A stretch of DNA of 47,975 nucleotides, from positions 18,473,665 through 18,521,639 of the forward strand of contig NC_068995.1 in NCBI RefSeq assembly GCF_001194135.2. The letters are read 5' to 3'. The translations under genes and the position numbers were made by a program. This document shows, piece after piece, positions 11,823 to 23,553 of the stretch. Origin of the DNA: Octopus bimaculoides. Taxonomy: Eukaryota. Below the pieces are notes generated by a model. It did no database searches. It saw only the letters and a list, made by a program, of their open reading frames with translations, and was not told where the DNA came from. Within the stretch, counting starts at the first letter, position 1, and each line of letters opens with the position of its first letter.

Positions 11823-13073
11823 TTGTGTGTGTTTGGGTGTACGTATAAACGCACCCAATTTGGTAAGTTTATTGACTATTAAATGCTGATTTATTTGAAT
11901 AAATATTGAATTGAAATTTAAATTTATGACCATATCTTTAGAAATTTACATTTATATCTAGGCCTTTCAGCTTTGTATCATTTAGCTGCGCCACGTCAAT
12001 TAAAGCTATAAACCTTATATTTAATATAACAATGATAATGATTCAAACGAACTTAATTAAGACAATATATCATTGCAACATAGATACTGTACATTGGCAG
12101 TGGGTACAGCTACATATATGTTGATTAATATATACGTATTTAATATGCGTGTGTGTGTGTGTGAATGCGCACATATATATGTTTATAAAAACACATGTAT
12201 ACATATACACGCACACACACAACAGAGACATACACACAATCACAAACACAACCGCACCCACATAAATATTTATATTGAATTATATGTATAAACACATGTG
12301 TTTCTTAGCTGGGTGAGCGTATGTCTCTATGTAAGTGTGTACTTGAATGCATAGGCTTGCATATGCCTGTATATCAGTATCTGGTTTGTATATTCTGATA
12401 TACAAATTTAGTATAAATAAAACATACATAGTCATAGACTAACTGTCAAGCAACTAAATATAACGTTTCAATTGTTGAGTGTTAATGCTCTCCATATACA
12501 CATTTGTTTAATTGAAATATGCACATACACCTACTATACACACACACACACACACAGAGGCACACACACACCCAACACGCACACACACAACACACACACA
12601 CACACACACACACGCACATATATATATATATATATATANNNNNNNNNNNNNNNNNNNNNNNNNNNNNNNNNNNNNNNNNNNNNNNNNNNNNNNNNNNNNN
12701 NNNNNNNNNNNNNNNNNNNNNNNNNNNNNNNNNNNNNNNNNNNNNNNNNNNNNNNNNNNNNNNNNNNNNNNNNNNNNNNNNNNNNNNNNNNNNNNNNNNN
12801 NNNNNNNNNNNNNNNNNNNNNNNNNNNNNNNNNNNNNNNNNNNNNNNNNNNNNNNNNNNNNNNNNNNNNNNNNNNNNNNNNNNNNNNNNNNNNNNNNNNN
12901 NNNNNNNNNNNNNNNNNNNNNNNNNNNNNNNNNNNNNNNNNNNNNNNNNNNNNNNNNNNNNNNNNNNNNNNNNNNNNNNNNNNNNNNNNNNNNNNNNNNN
13001 NNNNNNNNNNNNNNNNNNNNNNNNNNNNNNNNNNNNNNNNNNNNNNNNNNNNNNNNNNNNNNNNNNNNNNNNN

Positions 13074-13126
<53 letters not shown>

Positions 13127-13137
13127 ATGAGAGATAG

Positions 13138-13182
<45 letters not shown>
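13074..13182. repeat. (AG)n-(GATA)n compound microsatellite
   Basis: Directly visible. Confidence 0.97.
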
Positions 13183-13183
<1 letters not shown>

Positions 13184-14400
13184 GTATTAAATAGATAATT
13201 AGCTAGCTTGATATATTGATAAGTACATAAAGTAGATAAGTAATGAAAAGCGAAAGTATACTATGTGGAACTATTATTTTAAAGGAAAATTATATGTAAA
13301 CTAATAAGAACTAATAATATTAATGCAATACATGCAAGCGATATAATATGATTATATTATATTAATACATTTTTTATCAACACAATTCAGCGTTTATGTT
13401 TGTAATTTAGCAATAATTTTCATTCAAGTGAGATTGTTACGGTGATGTGACTATCGATAATCGTGTCTGGAATATTCATAATTTCTGTTTTTGTTGCAAC
13501 ATTTCTCTTGTTTCGATGTGTATGAGCTCTCATTTGTTAACTTAAATTACAACTTGGAATTTATTCGTTTGTTTATATACTACTAAATGTTTCGCATTAA
13601 TATTATTATATATTTGGTGTTTGATGCAATTATTCTATAAATACATGTATTTGCAGAATGTATACTGTTTTGTAGCTCAGTAAGTTGGATATATATTATT
13701 GTGTTTTAAATTGATGTAGATATCAGCTGGAAAGTCAGCCTTTGTCGTCTTTAGCAAGGCGCTCAATTGCTATAAGGTAGTCTCATCCAGAATGTTTTAG
13801 CAATGCTAAATAAATAGTAATATACTATTTAAAGTTAATTTTTTTATAACTTGATGCGTGTGTAAGTTACCAAGCCATTACTTAATGTGATTCATTCTAA
13901 ACTTATTTTCAATACGCATTAGTTGATCGTTAAATAGCAAAGTGATTCGAAAAATATATTGTATGCAGAGAACTTAACCCATAAAGTCCCAGAGTACTTA
14001 AATTTCTGAATATTACTTTTAAATGTTTACAGATGATTGAAAATAGGTTAAAATGAAAAAAATAATTATTAAAACTCCTTTACTTCAAGTAGAAATGGAA
14101 ACATTCGGTGTACTATGAATAGGACACTGAGACAATGTGATATAGCTTATTTAGTGTTCTCATTTAGTGTTCTATTTATAGAACTGTGGTTAAAGTTAAA
14201 TAACGGAGAGAGTTGAAGGAGTCAGAAAAAGTGAATCACTAGAATATGAAAACAGAATGCCATGACGACTTACCGCGAGGCTCTGTCGAAAATAATGTAA
14301 TCGTACTGAGAAAACGAATTGTAACTAGAGAACTCTCGATACTTCCCCTTAGTTTCCGCCTCCAAATCTAACGCCATTCTTTTGATATTTACGTCAAAAA

Positions 14401-14507
14401 TTTAAGCCTGCTTGTAACTACAATATAAATATTTAAGTCTGCTTGTAACTACAATATAACAATTTCAGCTTGCTTGTAATTACATGATCAACCTATTTAA
14501 CTCTGCT
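14401..14507 (+). repeat. 31-bp minisatellite, about 3.4 copies
   Basis: Units TTTAAGCCTGCTTGTAACTACAATATAAATA (14401), TTTAAGTCTGCTTGTAACTACAATATAACAA (14432), TTTCAGCTTGCTTGTAATTACATGATCAACC (14463) and a partial unit at 14496. Confidence 0.85.
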
Positions 14508-17270
14508 CATTTGCAGGTTCATAATGAAAAAACGTAAACTCGAACCCATATGGATATGGACAACAATAATCCTTAAAATACTGATTTGTCGGAAGTCCAT
14601 CATGAAGTCACGAGATCAAAAGTGCGTGTTCATGGTAGTTGTGAAAGCTACAATATCATAAAGCAATAAGGATCAATACAAATAAAACGAGAAAATACTG
14701 ATCAAAAATTGAAAACTAGAATGTACAATCAGTTCGAAGAAAGATCATAGATCCTTATATCCGCAACAAATAGTAGAAAATTGAAACAAATTTGATGCCT
14801 AGTACACGGACATGAAGCATCTTTAAATATATATANNNNNNNNNNNNNNNNNNNNNNNNNNNNNNNNNNNNNNNNNNNNNNNNNNNNNNNNNNNNNNNNN
14901 NNNNNNNNNNNNNNNNNNNNNNNNNNNNNNNNNNNNNNNNNNNNNNNNNNNNNNNNNNNNNNNNNNNNNNNNNNNNNNNNNNNNNNNNNNNNNNNNNNNN
15001 NNNNTATATATATATATATATATATGCTTCATACTGAGTGCATATACACTATTGTTATGCGGGACGCTGCGGTATACATCCAAGATAAAATCCCTTATAA
15101 ACTTGTGGTGTGAAAATCAATATATATGAGAGGGAGACGGGTAATCTTCTGAACAGCGGATATACAGACCATCAAATGCATTTCGGCCTTTTTAGGCATA
15201 GTCTAGGAAGAGGTTTTATTCCCGCATACCTAGAAAAAATTCGTTGCCTTTGACAAAGGAAATTATATATTCACTGATATTGAAAATAGCCACCGTGCTT
15301 AATAAAAATCTTGAATACATATTTGAATCAGAATATACAAACATGGCTAATATGATTTAACGCTCTTCCCATTAGACTGGAAGAAAAATATAAATATTTA
15401 CAAAAGTATATGAGGGCATCCTATACCCCCATCTACATTTATTTATTTATTTATTTATTCATTAATAAACGATATTATCGGCATTAATTATTTGTACCAA
15501 AAGACTGAAAGTGAGTGTAAAATTTTATATTTTACACTCAGCTCCGAACTCCGTCGCCTCTTTACATGTAAGTGTAAATGAGGTACGTTGAAACTCTAGC
15601 ACGACAATTTACACTATTTTCAATTATTCTGTTCTCGGTTTTGCTGAGTGCATATATAATGATAGCACAAAATATATCATTACCCTTTTTGCAAGAGAAT
15701 TGCCTCATTTCTTTCGTAAGATTTAAGATTTCTATTACTAAATTAAAAACAATATAACCATTAAAAATCGTCTTACCTCTTCTGGCATCATTTTAATTTA
15801 TCCATCCTTACCATACATATACATCTATATATGTGTGCATTTATATCTATATAAGTGTGCGTGTATCTGTGTGTGTGTGCGTGTGTGTCTGTGTGTGTGT
15901 GTGTGTGTGTCTGTATAGGCATATACTTGTCTATTTTTATTCGATACATTGACAGCTTAGTAAGTGTAACATATTACGCATACAAAGAAAAAGATGTCGT
16001 ATACAACATACACACTCAACGTGTACAAACTCACACCCACACACGAGCACAAACAAGCACCCATTTATAAATTTGTGTTAAATAAGCCCTTATAATTATT
16101 TTAAAAATCAATTAGGATTAATGTAACACTGTAACCCATTCATGAAGATTAAAATCTTTACAAAACGTGTTCACATAAAATTCATTACGAGAATATGGAT
16201 TCACCATTTTTTTAATACAATTTACATATTACTTTACATTCTATCTCATTATTTTTCTTAGTAATCCATATTTTCTTGATATAATATATATATATATTGA
16301 AGCGCTGTTAATAATTGATTTATTTAACTTGGTCAACTTAATTACAAAAAGGAAGTGATTCGTACCAGAATTATTTTGTACGAGCGCAATAAAAATGAAG
16401 TGTACAAATATGTAAAACTATAAAACTGCCGTAATATTTAATGGGAAGGAAATACAATATTGATCAAGCATTTTATTTTTTGCAGCACATGAGCTGTAGT
16501 GCTCCTTAAAAATTTGGAGCCTTTTTAAAGAATGATTAACGCTATTTAGTGAAGTTACTTTGTGTTATGAGTTCGAGTACATAACGGCCAATTTTGGTAT
16601 TTATTTATTTATTAAGTTCGATAGGCGGCATGTTAGAATCTTTTACTTTATTTATTGCCTGAATACAAACTCTCCGACTCGGTAGAATGGAGAACACCAG
16701 CATCATATCCCGCAGTATTTGCTTTTTGTTTCTTTTTAAGTATGTTCACAATTTCAAATCTTCTGAAAGTATTTGGACTTAGCACTTTGGGTCAATGAAA
16801 TAATTTTAAGCACAATAGTAACGAATCAATATAATAATGTGGCCTATCCCTCAGACATATTTTTATATTTTGCCAGTTCTATTAAACTCTTTTTCAAGTA
16901 ATGAATTTAATAGCCAATAAAATATCGCTTAATGGCTAGTAAGATATTAGCTTTTATGTTCTATTTCGAGCGAAAATTAACCCAACGAATTAAGCGCATT
17001 TTAGTGCAAATCAATCAAAGTTACGCTGGATGGGAAATCTTTTCAATTGTGACTACACTTCAGTTTATTTATACTGCGTTGACAATGTAATATATAATCG
17101 GTTCATTCTTTCTTAAGATAATAGGACGTAATTAGGGGAGAAACAAACAGTAGGGAAGAAGAAAGAACAAGGTTTTGGAGAAAGGTATGTTTTAAAGCGC
17201 GAAAGTTGAACAAAGTTCTACCTTTCGCGTTTTCCAAACCTACATGGGATTCATTTGACTTTCCTCTCGA

Positions 17271-17652
17271 AGAGTGACTGTGTGGTATGTTGATTGCTTA
17301 CGAACCACATGGTTCTGGGTTCATTCCCATTGCGTGGCACCTTGGGCAAGTGTCTTCTACTATAGCCTCTGACCGACCAAAGCCTTGTGAGTGGATTTGG
17401 TAGGCGGAAACTGAAAGAAGCCCGTCGCATATATGTATGTGCGTGTATATGTTTGTGTATCTGTGTTTGTCCCCTAACATCGCTTGACAACCGATGCTAG
17501 TGTGTTTACATCCCCCGTAACTTAGCGGTTCGGCAAAAGAGACTGATAGAATAAATACTACGCTTAGAAAGAATAAGTCCTGGGGTCGATTTTTTCGACT
17601 AAAGGCAGTGCTCCAGCATGGCCTCAGTCAAATGACTGAAACAAGTAAAAGA
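17271..17652 (+). mobile_element. SINE type A, best-preserved full-length copy
   Basis: tRNA-like head with B box GGTTCATTCC, CORE-like GGCACCTTGGGCAAGTGTC, short internal TA/TG tract, tail CAAATGACTGAAACAAGTAAAAGA. Confidence 0.92.
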
Positions 17653-18157
17653 TTCCTATAATGGCGCATTTTTTCGCTCTCGATCATCCTTTCTTCCTTA
17701 ATATTCTTTCTCACCCTTCTCCACCACACTTTTACTCACTGTATTTCTCTTTCTGTCTAACCTCTTTATTTCTTCTTCCACAACTTCTAACGGCTAACGG
17801 TTCTTCTCTCCCCGAAGAAAAGTCCTTGCCGAAAATTTGTTCTAGTATTTGTTGTATTTTTATTATTTTTTGCCAACAATGATATCATTTTAATCCTGCG
17901 ATCTACTGTTTTACTGTATAATACTGACAGTTCTGAACGTAAATCAAAAGATGTTTCACTGCTCACTTCACTCACTCTCTTCACTGTAACTTGTAACAGA
18001 ATACATCAATATTTATTTCAGTACATATGTTCGTGTTACTCTCATATCTCCCAAGTGAAGAGGTCATAGCAGATAAGAAATAATCAGTAATCACGATTTC
18101 TGCTTTATTACAATGTCTGGCTGGACGTGAGACCACCTCGTCTGTCTGTCTGTCTGT

Positions 18158-18182
18158 CCCTCTCTCTCTCTCTGTTTCTCTC

Positions 18183-18238
<56 letters not shown>
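18158..18238. repeat. (CT)n microsatellite
   Basis: Directly visible. Confidence 0.97.
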
Positions 18239-18242
<4 letters not shown>

Positions 18243-20895
18243 AGTGTTTTGTTTAGAGCCTAGTCGACGTATATGATAGAGCAAATCTATCACAACAAGC
18301 ATTTAGGTGGTAAATATCCCTTCTTTGTGTATATATGTGTTTTCATTATTTACAATCTAATCTAACTTTTATTTAAAATGGTGTTTCTCATAATTTTAGC
18401 AGGCTGATTGATGACATTAGGCTCTCCTGTTAATTGATCTTGTATGCGTTATTTAGTATGCTAGTTAAGACTAGCAACCTAAATGCCTCCAAAACACTAA
18501 ATTCCAACACCGTAATTCCTTAGAAATGCGAGGAGGTTTGCTTGTTTAATCCACTATAGGTACCTGTAGATTGAGAGGTATAAAATGAATAGGTGTCTAT
18601 ATTCCATTATAGCCATATCCTTCTCACTTAAATATTGGAAAATATAAGGAGCTCGTATAATATTTACATTTAGATGTAAAACATTTTTTTTATATTACAT
18701 GTAGAAGGAACTTACAAAGAATATCTGTTAGCTAGTTAAACAATTCATCGCTGATTCACTATTATATAGTAAGGCTATTATTATCCATTATTCATAGATA
18801 TTTTCACACACATAAATTGAAGAAAATATTCGATTACTTAACTCAGCGATATAACCAGAAATTACTGCTGCAAATTGTTTATTACATTTAATTTGCAATT
18901 TTTCCCCCATTTAATCGAATTTGTTACATTCATGGGCTCTCTCTACCGTGTTTGTGAACATATTTAAAAATATAAACTAAAAAAATATGCATGTGTAAAT
19001 TAGCAACAAAATATATTTAAAAATATCTGCAGGACGCTGTTGATCAAGACACCCGATTGGGTATTCATAGTTTTTTATAGTTGTTAACACTGTCCGTGGT
19101 GTATCATACTACAAGATGAAAAAAAAAAGCTATTTGTAAATGCAAATTATTCCGATTATTATTATGCGACAAGAACATATTTTTCCGCCGAATTAATCCT
19201 TGCGAGTTTCTATTATTGGAAGGTTCTGACACACGCGCTCTGTTGATATGATTTCATCAATGGAAGTAACTTGGTGGTCTGCAATCAGTGCTATCTGCTA
19301 TACGACTCTTTCTCCCACCCATCTCATTCATACAACATTTCGTTTATTCATTTACTTTTAGTTTTATTTTATCATTTTCATTGATTTTTCTTTCTCTTTT
19401 GAGTTTATTTTATTTTCTCTTATTAGAGATTCACGTTCACTGATAGAAAAAAAATCTGTCACAGAGCTTGGGAAGAGTCTGCTATTGTAATTCTTTATAA
19501 ATCAAATATTTTCTATTGTCTTCATACTTGCTTTTTCACATATTTGTTATAGTCTTGATTTATTATCATTTTTATTTTTCACACATTTCTTTTTATTTAA
19601 TTTTCTTTATCCCTAAGACACGGCCTAGAACTTACTTTTTCACCCTGAATTCACTTTGCAATTTTCACTCACGCCTGTTATAGCATCTTAATGATGTTTC
19701 CTTCTTTAGTCGTTTTGTACCATTATTCCACTCCATTTCATTGCGATTTGTACGTTGAATAATGTCCGCAGGGTTTGTCTTTCCATCTGACCGCTCGCTT
19801 AGCTCTTTAAATTGAGCAGAAACGAGCGCTTCTGTTCATTTTTTCTCCCAGATTTATTATTCGTATTTATTTTTATTTTGTTCTAGTTTTTGTTTTACTT
19901 TAGCATTCTTTACCATCTCAATCATTTTCTTTTGTATTTCTTCTATTTTATACTTTTTTCCTATTCTTTTGAATTCCATGGGAAGCACTTGGTATGCATA
20001 TGTTGTCATGCCTTGAATATAGCAGACAATAATTTGTTCTGCTTTTCACGAAGCTATTCTAACCACTTTTGAGCATTTACATTCGTTTCCACATCAGCGA
20101 CGAATACAATTACATCCTAAAAAATGCATAGTAATGATATTTAAAATCTAAAACCATATTTATGTCCCAATGAAATCCAATTATTAACATAAATATGATA
20201 CACGGATTTCAATAAATAAGATTCAGTCCGATAAAGCTAAATTGATTTTATTTCATTTTTTTTATTACATACTATGAAAGCAATGACTGGGATTTTCATT
20301 CCGTTTTATTTTCACGTGAAATCATTGGTTTACAGGAAGAAAACACTAAATGCAGGCAGCACAGATGAGATCGCAGTGTCCTCACAAATGTAACAGTCCT
20401 AGAATGCTGGATTAAGAATGTTATTTCTTCAATGATAATCGAATTCGGTCCTATAGAACGAAGTTTTCACATGTTTCATACCAGCATACAGTCAAGACAT
20501 TCGTTTGTAGGTTAATTTGAGAGAAATTAAGATTGCATGAGGCAGCATACTCTATAATCGTGTGTTGTATATTGTCAAGTAGGAGAAGTAATAAATCTAC
20601 AACTGACAAAATTTCAGTTTAGAACGGAAACAGAAGGATGTACTTGCATCCTTACATCTCTGTAAAAAGAATCAATCACTTATTTCTACATCTATAACGT
20701 TAATCTGACAATTATCTCTCCCTGCAGTTTCTCTCTGTGTATATACGTAAACCAGTATAAATACATAAATACACACACACCTACACACGCATACCTATAC
20801 ATACATGCATGCATGCATACATACATACATACATACATACATACATACATACATACACACCTAAATACATACACACATACATAGAAACACATACA

Positions 20896-22118
20896 TAAGG
20901 GCTTGCCAAAACCTCAGTTTTCCTTTTTCGTGCTAAAATAAAACACAAGTTTTAAATACAGAGCGATTCATTCAATCAATTATATAATTACCGTTTCTTT
21001 CCAGTATTTTCTAGCTTATTGACAGATCCATTATTTTCTGCTCAAAGCATTTCCCGTCATTACTGCTGATAAACTCTTCCAAGTGAATTTTTTCATCCTC
21101 TCCAGAGTTGAAGGTCTCTATATTTAATGAATTTTCAACTGACCGATCCAGGTTGAAATCTAGAGGCGCAAAGTTGAGTGAACACAGTGGATGCGGTAAA
21201 CCTTTCCAGTTAGGCACAAGCAACATCTGCAAAGAAGTGGCAATGTCGTAGTGGATGGATGAGTCTAATTCGTCAAAATCCTTACAAAACACATGAGAAT
21301 TGATGGTCCTGTCCAGGGTAAAATGCTTGTAAAAACACACCTTTTCACTCACGTCAAAGTCTGAGCATAACCTTCTTTGTGTGAATTCGAGCATCGGTGA
21401 CTCTTAGTGGTAATAAAGTAGCTATTCCACCGTTATCGCATTCTTATAGACAATCCGATTTTAGTCATCTATCAACATTCTATTTTAAATCGCATAGGAA
21501 AATCGTTTGGCCGAAGATTGCCTCATTCAACTGAAGTATGACTCTAACATCACGCGTGCTGACATAACCAATTTGGTGTAGATTGTTTTCGACACTCGAT
21601 CTTGGGGACGTCTGAGATCAGTCCGGTCAAATAACAGGCTTCGGTGTCGACTAACTACTTCATTTTGTCTCTGTTGTACCCAATTGGCTGACCTAAGAAA
21701 TGTGCAAACTGAATTCCCCGATCGCAATCTTGAAACCATCTCGAACGTATATGTCCCATACGAGTATCATATCGGTACTTGCTGCCATGTAAGAAGATAA
21801 ACATTTGTATTGATGTTTGACTTATTATTATATTTGAAAATACGCATATTAATACTTTACGGAACATAATGTATCGTACGAGTTGATGGGGGTGGGGCTG
21901 AAATTTTTCTGGCTTTAAGGCTATCACGAAAGACCTGACTGGAGCCCCAACATTCCGAGTTGCTTTAGACGGCTCCGTATACAGCACATATACAGCACGC
22001 CGCCGCCGCTTTCTTGCTTTCTTGCACATAAGGGTCGGACATACTGAAGTTAGATATTTGCTAGATTTCTTGAAATTTAGAGTCGATGAAACTGAACGGA
22101 CATTTTTGACTAACCTTA
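20896..22118 (-). mobile_element. Decayed mariner (DD34D-type) DNA transposon carrying a nested insertion
   Basis: Remnant motifs in correct order on the minus strand: KKAAAACCICAVYG (about 21970-22010), WF/RLRSGN, DD*NRIVYKN, LPHPLCSLNFAPLDFNL (YSPDLAP homologue) and KILERNGNYIID* (stop at 20972-20974). TA lies at both ends with degenerate TIRs AGGGCTTGCCAAAA / AGGTTAGTCAAAAA. Confidence 0.88.
21877..21973 (+). mobile_element. Truncated mariner-derived MITE (left part) nested in the mariner
   Basis: Homologous to 23322-23422 (9 mismatches in 66 bp in the aligned core, counted by eye). Confidence 0.75.
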
Positions 22119-22123
22119 TGTAT

Positions 22124-22156
<33 letters not shown>

Positions 22157-22643
22157 TTGCGCGCGAAATAGTATAGGAGCTAAATTCAAGAAAATATTTA
22201 CTAGGATCCTGAAATAAATTTGCGAAAAGACATAATCATTCGATTTCTTTATTTCAATGCGATACTCGTATATGACGTGAGACTATCAAAATGATCATTT
22301 TAACTGAGTGAGACACAAGAGACATCTTTTCTACGTAACTTCGTCAGAGGTAAAAATGAAACTCTCGGGACGTGGTTTAATGCTTCTGATGCAGGGATTA
22401 CGAGGGAAAAGTGCTGATGACAGGTTCTAGATTAAGCAAGCTCCGAATGGCTGCAAAAGAGTGAACTCTGTTAAAACCTCCAATTTTCGGGTAATTATGG
22501 ATTGAATCCGGGAGAATTATTAAGTAGTCTACAATGCAAGAATGCCCTATCAGTGGCCAAATATATTTTTGGTGAAGATGTACAATACAAGCATAGCAGA
22601 AACTATTGAAGCTAGTTGTAAATACCTACAAGGTTATACAGAT

Positions 22644-22969
22644 CCCCTTCGGTCATGAGTAACCATGTGATTGCACCTCAAAAGTTACCTTCCGAAGCAC
22701 AAGTCCAGATAAGGTTTATAGAAAACCAGCAGGCACCCATGCATTTCAGCCCCCTTTTCCCACGCCAGCGATGTTATCCAAGCGAAAGGGAAAGGCCGAT
22801 ACAGCTGGGCACCAGAGATGTCGCATCTCATGTCTACGGCTGAGTGAACTGGAGAAACATAAATAAAGGGCCATGCTCAAGAACGCAACACACAGCCCTG
22901 TCCTGGCATTGAACTCACTATCTCACGATTGCAGACCTGAGGCTCTAACCCGTAAGCCATATGCATTCA
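22644..22969 (-). mobile_element. SINE type C, tail variant 2, full length
   Basis: Head and core are shared with 3066-3289 (plus strand GCTGAGTGAACTGGAG...GCTCAAGAAC...CTAACC..TAAGCCA). The 3' tail CCCCTTCGGTCATG...GCACCT.AAAGTTACC is unrelated to the tail of 3066-3289. Confidence 0.85.
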
Positions 22970-23321
22970 TCACTTACACGGTTATATAACTTTGTTAAAT
23001 CTTCATTAATTTATACTAACTTCATTATTGGATGTCTCTGATAATGCAACATACAGAATAGTAAAGTTAAAGCAATTACTTGCTTTTAATTATTGTTGGA
23101 ACTGTTTCTCGTAAATTGTGAAATGGCAGAATTTAACAACATTTCATTTCACATTTCTATAAATTCTAACAAATTTAACTGTTGGACAAACTTCACCTAT
23201 GTACACACGATTATCAGTACTTGCTGCCATGTAAGAAGATAAATATTTGCATTGATGTTTGACTTATCACTATAATATTTGCAAATACGCATATTAATAT
23301 TTTACGGAACGTAAGGTCTCG

Positions 23322-23553
23322 TACGAGATGGTAGTGGTGGGTGGGGTTGAAAGTTTCTGGCTTTAAGACTATTGCAAAAGACCTGGCTGGAGGCCCAACA
23401 TTCCGAGTTGTTTTACAGGGCTTAGAAAACTGAAGGATCTCCGCAATAAATGTATGAATCTGAGAGGGGAATATGTTGAGTGAAAACATAATTAATTGCT
23501 CTTCCTGTATTTTCTATTACCCAAAGCTAGGAACTTTTCAGCACCCCCTCGTT
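23322..23553 (+). mobile_element. Mariner-derived MITE of about 230 bp
   Basis: Left end TACGAG[insertion]GGGGTTGAAAGTTTCTGGCTTT and right end AAAGCTAGGAACTTTTCAGCACCCCCTCGT are inverted copies. It retains a transposase C-terminal remnant LRNKCMNLRGEYVE*. Confidence 0.82.

Noticed and set aside
13658-13680. 23-nt plus-strand micro-exon (TTTGCAG...A|GTAAGT)
   Set aside because: It is isolated, has no partner exons, and such sites are expected by chance.
14401-14507. CRISPR-like array
   Set aside because: The units are contiguous without unique spacers, in a eukaryotic context with no cas genes.
14517-15400. Decayed transposase or gene
   Set aside because: Only short interrupted frames with no motif I can name.
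19700-19835. BEL/Pao RNase H-like NPAD motif on the minus strand
   Set aside because: A four-residue match with no supporting context.
21655-23489. Paralogous coding exons (similar minus-strand ORFs 21655-22029 and 23214-23489 with net in-frame indels)
   Set aside because: The shared sequence is the antisense of a MITE end plus flank. One in-frame indel is really a -1/+4 pair, and there are no splice signals, so the open frames look coincidental.
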